DNA of 64,000 nucleotides from an uncultured bacterium (GTDB lineage Bacteria; Zixibacteria; MSB-5A5; GN15; FEB-12): NCBI GenBank assembly GCA_965372795.1, contig CBDVDR010000009.1, positions 32,001 to 96,000 of the forward strand, read 5' to 3'. Shown piece by piece: positions 59,434 to 64,000 of this stretch (position 1 is its first letter; each line of letters starts with the position of its first letter). The notes under the pieces were generated by a model. It saw only the letters and a program-made list of their open reading frames with translations, ran no database searches and was not told where the DNA came from. The position numbers and the translations under genes were made by a program.

Positions 59434-60573
59434 TTATGCTTCAGAACCTGCAAGTTCTATAGCCTTCTTAACGACAGCATCAAGGGTATCGCCAAACGGC
59501 AGGTTTACAGATTTCAGAATTGTCTTAGCTTTGTCCGCATTGGTACCAGTCAAACGAACCACTACCGGCACGGTTGGATTCAGTTCTTTAAAAGCAGCAA
59601 CAATACCGGTGGCAACATCATCACAACGGGTAATACCGCCGAAGATATTGATCAGGATTGCTTCTATTTTAGGATCAGAAAGAATAATTCGCATTGCCGT
59701 AACAACTTTTTGAGGATTTGACGAACCGCCGATATCAAGGAAGTTTGCCGGTTCACCGCCATACCGTTTTACCAGATCCATTGTTGCCATGGCAAGTCCG
59801 GCACCGTTTACGATACAACCGATATTACCATCAAGCTTAATAAATGATAAACCGTCATTACGAGCGGTTACTTCGCCCGCTTCTTCAGCATCCAAATCAC
59901 GCATTGCTTCAATATTTTTCTGACGATACAAAGCGTTGTCATCAATATTTAATTTGGCATCAATAGCGACAATGTCTCCGGCTGAATTAGAGATCAACGG
60001 GTTTATTTCAACTAAGGAAGCATCTGCATCCCAGAATATTTTATAAAGTTTTAAAATTATATCAGTAGCTTTTCTAACTTGGCTTGGTTCACGATAAAGT
60101 TTGTAAGCTAAATTTCGAGCTTGAAAATTTTTCAATCCGAGTACCGGATCAACATAGAGTTTAAAAATTTTCTGAGGTGTTTTAGCGGCGACTTCTTCAA
60201 TATCAATACCACCGGCTGGTGAAACCATAATCACCGGTTTTTTTGTAGCCCGATCCAATATTATTCCTACATACGATTCAGTAATAATATCTTCGGCTAC
60301 CGTGATTAAAACTTTTTTTACGGTTAAACCTTTGATTTCCATTCCAAGTATCTTCTGTGCTAATACCTTGGCAGCTTCCGGTGTTTCAGCATATTTAATA
60401 CCACCGGCTTTCCCTCGTCCGCCAACATGAACCTGAGATTTCACCATTACCGGCTTTCCATATTCTGTCGCGAGTCGATGGGCTTCCGGTGCTGTTGTAA
60501 CTACTTCACCCGGAGGTACCGGAATACCGGCAGCTACAAAAATTTCTTTAGCTTGATACTCATGAACCTTCAT
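59434..60573 (-). CDS. sucC: Succinyl-CoA synthetase beta subunit
   Basis: HEYQAK, GGRGKAGG, EINPL, NGAGLAMATMD, ANFLDIGG. Confidence 0.97.
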   Translation of the reverse strand: MKVHEYQAKEIFVAAGIPVPPGEVVTTAPEAHRLATEYGKPVMVKSQVHVGGRGKAGGIKYAETPEAAKVLAQKILGMEIKGLTVKKVLITVAEDIITESYVGIILDRATKKPVIMVSPAGGIDIEEVAAKTPQKIFKLYVDPVLGLKNFQARNLAYKLYREPSQVRKATDIILKLYKIFWDADASLVEINPLISNSAGDIVAIDAKLNIDDNALYRQKNIEAMRDLDAEEAGEVTARNDGLSFIKLDGNIGCIVNGAGLAMATMDLVKRYGGEPANFLDIGGSSNPQKVVTAMRIILSDPKIEAILINIFGGITRCDDVATGIVAAFKELNPTVPVVVRLTGTNADKAKTILKSVNLPFGDTLDAVVKKAIELAGSEA

Positions 60574-61943
60574 ATCAACTGTCCCTTATCATTATTATAA
60601 TTTAAATATTCTTTTGCATATTTTTCTAAAATTTCCGCTTGATTGTCAGATGGATCATCAAGGACTTTTTCCATCAAATACTCAAGAACCTCTCCAATAA
60701 CCGGACCCGGTTCAAGCGAAAACAATTCCATAATTCTAACTCCGTTAATCTCCAGATCAGATAATCCGAAGGGAGGTTTCTTAGCTATTTCATCACGTAT
60801 CCGTTTTTCAAAAACATCAACATCATCCGTATTACCACCCATCCCCTGAGCAATCACATCAGCCCGGCGGAGATCTAAGAGATCAAAAATCAAATCTAAT
60901 CCGGTTTTTCGAATCAAGCGACGCATCCCTTTATCTGACACCTCAGTCGTGAACATATGCCGTTCGACTAAAACTTGAACTTCATTGATAAAATCATTTG
61001 AATAACGAAGTCGTCGTAATACTTTTTTTGCGGTTCGGGCGCCAACTGACTCATGGCCATAAAAAGTAGCACCCTTTTCGACAATTCTTTTGCATTGCGG
61101 TTTATTTATATCATGAAACATCGCCGCCATACGAATTCGTAAACGAGCCGGACAGGCATCAATAATTCGAAGCGAATGCTCATAGACATCATAAGCATGG
61201 TATCCTCCCGGTTGATCAACCCCGATACATTCAGCCAGTTCGGGAAGAACCTCTTTTAAAAGTCCGGTTGATTCCATCACTCTGAATCCATCCGATGGAT
61301 TTTGAGATAGAGCCAATAATTTACTTAACTCTTCATTGATTCTTTCCGGTGAAACCGAATTTATCAACGAAGCATTTTCCCGCATCAACCGGAAAGTTTC
61401 CGGTTCAATCATAAATTTGAATCTGGCTGAAAACTGCACCGCACGCAACATCCGAAGCGGATCATCTTTAAAAGATTCCTGATATACTATTTTAAGCTGT
61501 TTTTTCTCAAGATCAATCATTCCATCCAGCGGATCGATCAATTCATTACTTCCCAGTTCAACCGCCATAGCGTTGATAGTGAAATCACGGCGAGCCAGGT
61601 CTTCTTCAACGTTCAGCTGTGGATCAAACGAGACGTTAAAATCTTTATGCCCTATTCCGGTTGAAAACTCTTTTCGAGGCAAAGCGATATCAAAAGTGTG
61701 CTGGGAATTGCTTTTATACTGCGTAAATTTTATCACTCCAAAACTTTGTCCAACCAGATCAATTTTCCCAAACGGTTTTAAAAGCTTCGTTAATTCTTTG
61801 TAGGAAATTCCGGTTACCAGATAGTCGTAGTCTTTGATTGATGCAGCATCGCCCAAATATTTATCTCTCACTGCACCGCCGACTTCATATATCTTACCAT
61901 TCTTCAATATGGCGTCGACTGCATCTTTAGAAAGTCTGCACAT
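60570..61943 (-). CDS. CCA-adding tRNA nucleotidyltransferase / poly(A) polymerase family with HD domain
   Basis: VGGAVRD..KDYDY, DLARRDFTINAMA, DDPLRMLR, FHDI. Confidence 0.9.
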   Translation of the reverse strand: MCRLSKDAVDAILKNGKIYEVGGAVRDKYLGDAASIKDYDYLVTGISYKELTKLLKPFGKIDLVGQSFGVIKFTQYKSNSQHTFDIALPRKEFSTGIGHKDFNVSFDPQLNVEEDLARRDFTINAMAVELGSNELIDPLDGMIDLEKKQLKIVYQESFKDDPLRMLRAVQFSARFKFMIEPETFRLMRENASLINSVSPERINEELSKLLALSQNPSDGFRVMESTGLLKEVLPELAECIGVDQPGGYHAYDVYEHSLRIIDACPARLRIRMAAMFHDINKPQCKRIVEKGATFYGHESVGARTAKKVLRRLRYSNDFINEVQVLVERHMFTTEVSDKGMRRLIRKTGLDLIFDLLDLRRADVIAQGMGGNTDDVDVFEKRIRDEIAKKPPFGLSDLEINGVRIMELFSLEPGPVIGEVLEYLMEKVLDDPSDNQAEILEKYAKEYLNYNNDKGQLI

Positions 61944-61944
61944 G

Positions 61945-62895
61945 TTAATCCGGTATAATTCTTGTTCCAGCATTGCCATCAATTGCCGAAGAGGCATTCT
62001 CCAAAGAGGTTATCGTTACCAGTTCGCCACCGCTTTCAAGAAAGCTAATCGCTGCCTTAATTTTTGGTCCCATCGACCCGGGCGGAAAATGACCATCTTC
62101 AACATATTTCTTTATTTCCGAAAGTTTTATTTCACCTAAATCTTTTTGATTTGGCTGACCGAAGTTTATCGAGACTTTATCAACTGATGTCAAAATTGAT
62201 AAAATTTCCGCATTTATTTCATTGGCTATCACAGCCGAAGCATAATCTTTATCTATAACAGCATCAATTCCTTCATAATCTCCATTATCTTTGATATAAA
62301 CAGGTATGCCACCCCCGCCGCCGGCAATAACAATTGCTCCATAGTCAATCAGATGCTTAATCATCTCCGCTTCAACTGCTTTTATCGGTTTAGGCGAAGG
62401 AACCACCCGCCGCCAACCTCGATCAGCATCTTTCCTCATCGCCCATCCCCGGGTTTCAGAAAAAATGCCGGCTTCCTTCTCAGTATAAAACTGGCCGATA
62501 AATTTTGTAGGATTTTCAATCGCCGGATCATTTTTATCAACGACCATTTGAGTTATAACAGTAATTACAGAACGATCTATCTTTTCTTTTTTTAGACGGT
62601 TTTGTAATGACTGCTCAATCATATAACCCATCCCGCCTTCAGTATTAGCAACCAATACACCCAGCGGAAGGATCGGAGTTTTTCCACGCGAAATTTCATT
62701 ACGCAATAAAGCATCTCCAACTTGAGGACCATTTCCATGTGAAACAACCAGATTATAGCCGTTTCTGATCAGACCAATAATTCCATCAAGTGACTTACGG
62801 GTATTTGCAAATTGGTTGGCAATCGTATCTTCCTGATCAGATCGGGTTATGGCATTGCCACCAAGTGCTATCACAGCTGTTTTTTTATTACCCAT
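61945..62895 (-). CDS. arcC: Carbamate kinase
   Basis: ALGGNA, SHGNGPQVG, RRVVPSP, GGGGIPV, AVIDKD, GSMGPK. Confidence 0.96.
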   Translation of the reverse strand: MGNKKTAVIALGGNAITRSDQEDTIANQFANTRKSLDGIIGLIRNGYNLVVSHGNGPQVGDALLRNEISRGKTPILPLGVLVANTEGGMGYMIEQSLQNRLKKEKIDRSVITVITQMVVDKNDPAIENPTKFIGQFYTEKEAGIFSETRGWAMRKDADRGWRRVVPSPKPIKAVEAEMIKHLIDYGAIVIAGGGGGIPVYIKDNGDYEGIDAVIDKDYASAVIANEINAEILSILTSVDKVSINFGQPNQKDLGEIKLSEIKKYVEDGHFPPGSMGPKIKAAISFLESGGELVTITSLENASSAIDGNAGTRIIPD

Positions 62896-62914
62896 ATTCT
62901 TTTCTAAAATAAAA

Positions 62915-62940
62915 TAAGGGTCGGAATAATCCGACCCTTA
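62915..62940. terminator. Hairpin between the P-loop gene and arcC
   Basis: taagggtcgga-ataa-tccgaccctta. Confidence 0.6.
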
Positions 62941-62949
62941 ATTGTTCTT

Positions 62950-64000
62950 TTATTTTTTCTTCGCAGCCTTTTTCGCTTTAGGTTTACTGAAGAAATCTCC
63001 AATCAATGAACCAAGTTCCGGAGAACCGATTTCCTGAAGACTGTAGAAAACACGAACGTTTTTCTTTTTAATTTTCAAGATACGGCTTAAATCAATCGGA
63101 GTTGCAATTATAACTAAATCGCATTTAGTACGGTTGATTGTTGTTTCAAGGTCTTTAATCTGCTGGTTGCCATATCCCATAGCCGGTAAAAGAACACCGA
63201 TATCAGGATATTTCTCAAAAGTTTTGGTTATCGACTTAACTGTGTAAGGACGAGGGTCAACCAGTTCGGCGGCACCGTATTTCATAGCTGCAACAACACC
63301 GGCACCATAAGGCATTTCACCATGAGTCAAAGTCGGACCGTCTTCTACGACCAGCACTTTTTTACCGCGAATAAGTTCCGGCTTGTCAACCAGAACCGGC
63401 GAGGCGGCTTCTACAACCACAGCATTTGGATTATATGTTGCAATATTTTCTCTTACTTCAGCAATACTATCATTATCAGCAGAATCAATTTTGTTAATAA
63501 CAATGATGTCAGCTAACAGCAAATTATTCTGTCCCGGATAATAACTAATTTCATGACCCGGACGATGAGGATCAACAACTGTTATCATCAGGTCAGGTTT
63601 GTAGAATGACATATCATTGTTTCCGCCATCCCATAAAATCACATCAGCTTCTTTTTCAGCTTCACGAATAATCATTTCATAATCAACACCGGCATAAACA
63701 ACAATACCGTTAACGATATGAGGTTCGTATTCTTCACGTTCTTCAATCGTGCATTTGTGCTTATCAAGATCTTTCAAAGTTGCAAAACGCTGGCAAGCCT
63801 GTTTGGCAAGATCACCATAAGGCATAGGGTGACGAATTGCGACAACCCTCTTACCCATTTCCTGCAGGACTTGAGCAACCCGGCGAGTAGTTTGAGATTT
63901 TCCACATCCGGTACGAGTGGCGCAAACAGCAATAACCGGCTTGGTTGATTTAATCATGGTTGGGTCTCCGCCTTCAACTGCAAATCGTGCTCCGGCAGAC
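62950..64000 (-). CDS. Cyclic 2,3-diphosphoglycerate-synthetase-like P-loop protein, probable arginine synthetase (ArcE); 5' end lies beyond the window
   Basis: ATRTGCGKSQTT, RHPMPYG, EEREEYEPH, WDGGNND, VEDGPTLTHG; frame stays open to the window edge (SAGARFAVEGGDPTMIKS). Confidence 0.75.
   Translation of the reverse strand, partial: SAGARFAVEGGDPTMIKSTKPVIAVCATRTGCGKSQTTRRVAQVLQEMGKRVVAIRHPMPYGDLAKQACQRFATLKDLDKHKCTIEEREEYEPHIVNGIVVYAGVDYEMIIREAEKEADVILWDGGNNDMSFYKPDLMITVVDPHRPGHEISYYPGQNNLLLADIIVINKIDSADNDSIAEVRENIATYNPNAVVVEAASPVLVDKPELIRGKKVLVVEDGPTLTHGEMPYGAGVVAAMKYGAAELVDPRPYTVKSITKTFEKYPDIGVLLPAMGYGNQQIKDLETTINRTKCDLVIIATPIDLSRILKIKKKNVRVFYSLQEIGSPELGSLIGDFFSKPKAKKAAKKK

Noticed and set aside
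1..64000. rRNA, tRNA and riboswitches
   Set aside because: No recognisable signatures in intergenic regions by eye; an Infernal/Rfam scan would be needed to exclude them

Overview
Mostly minus-strand, AT-rich core chromosome of an anaerobic diderm bacterium. Dockerin-tailed and T9SS/FlgD-like CTD-tailed secreted proteins suggest the FCB group, probably candidate Zixibacteria (inference only). Housekeeping content: aroC (truncated by the window edge), miaB, lon, an exbB-exbD-exbD-tonB/TPR cluster, a fused 2-oxoacid dehydrogenase E1, ccmABCDEF (ccmF frameshifted), lepB, rseP, dxr, hbd-ackA, and the icd-mdh-larA-ndk-korCBAD-sucDC-cca-arcC run. Most notable: (1) a GC-richer Zn-ribbon + Hel308/Ski2-like helicase-wHTH unit behind a near-consensus promoter whose spacer holds a Fibrobacter-type LexA box; (2) an AT-rich membrane protein + ComEC-like MBL hydrolase cassette flanked by GTAG REP/REPIN-like hairpins; (3) a lipoprotein with a 6-Cys C-terminal peptide followed by two paralogous small membrane proteins (toxin/immunity-like layout); (4) a Lon with a degenerate ATPase but intact protease dyad; (5) a pseudokinase and HDOD-DHp pair; (6) an arginine-synthetase-like gene next to carbamate kinase; (7) dockerin/cohesin-like extracellular modules; (8) Rex-like operators. 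No rRNA, tRNA or CRISPR array was seen. All calls come from reading motifs by eye; no database searches were run.
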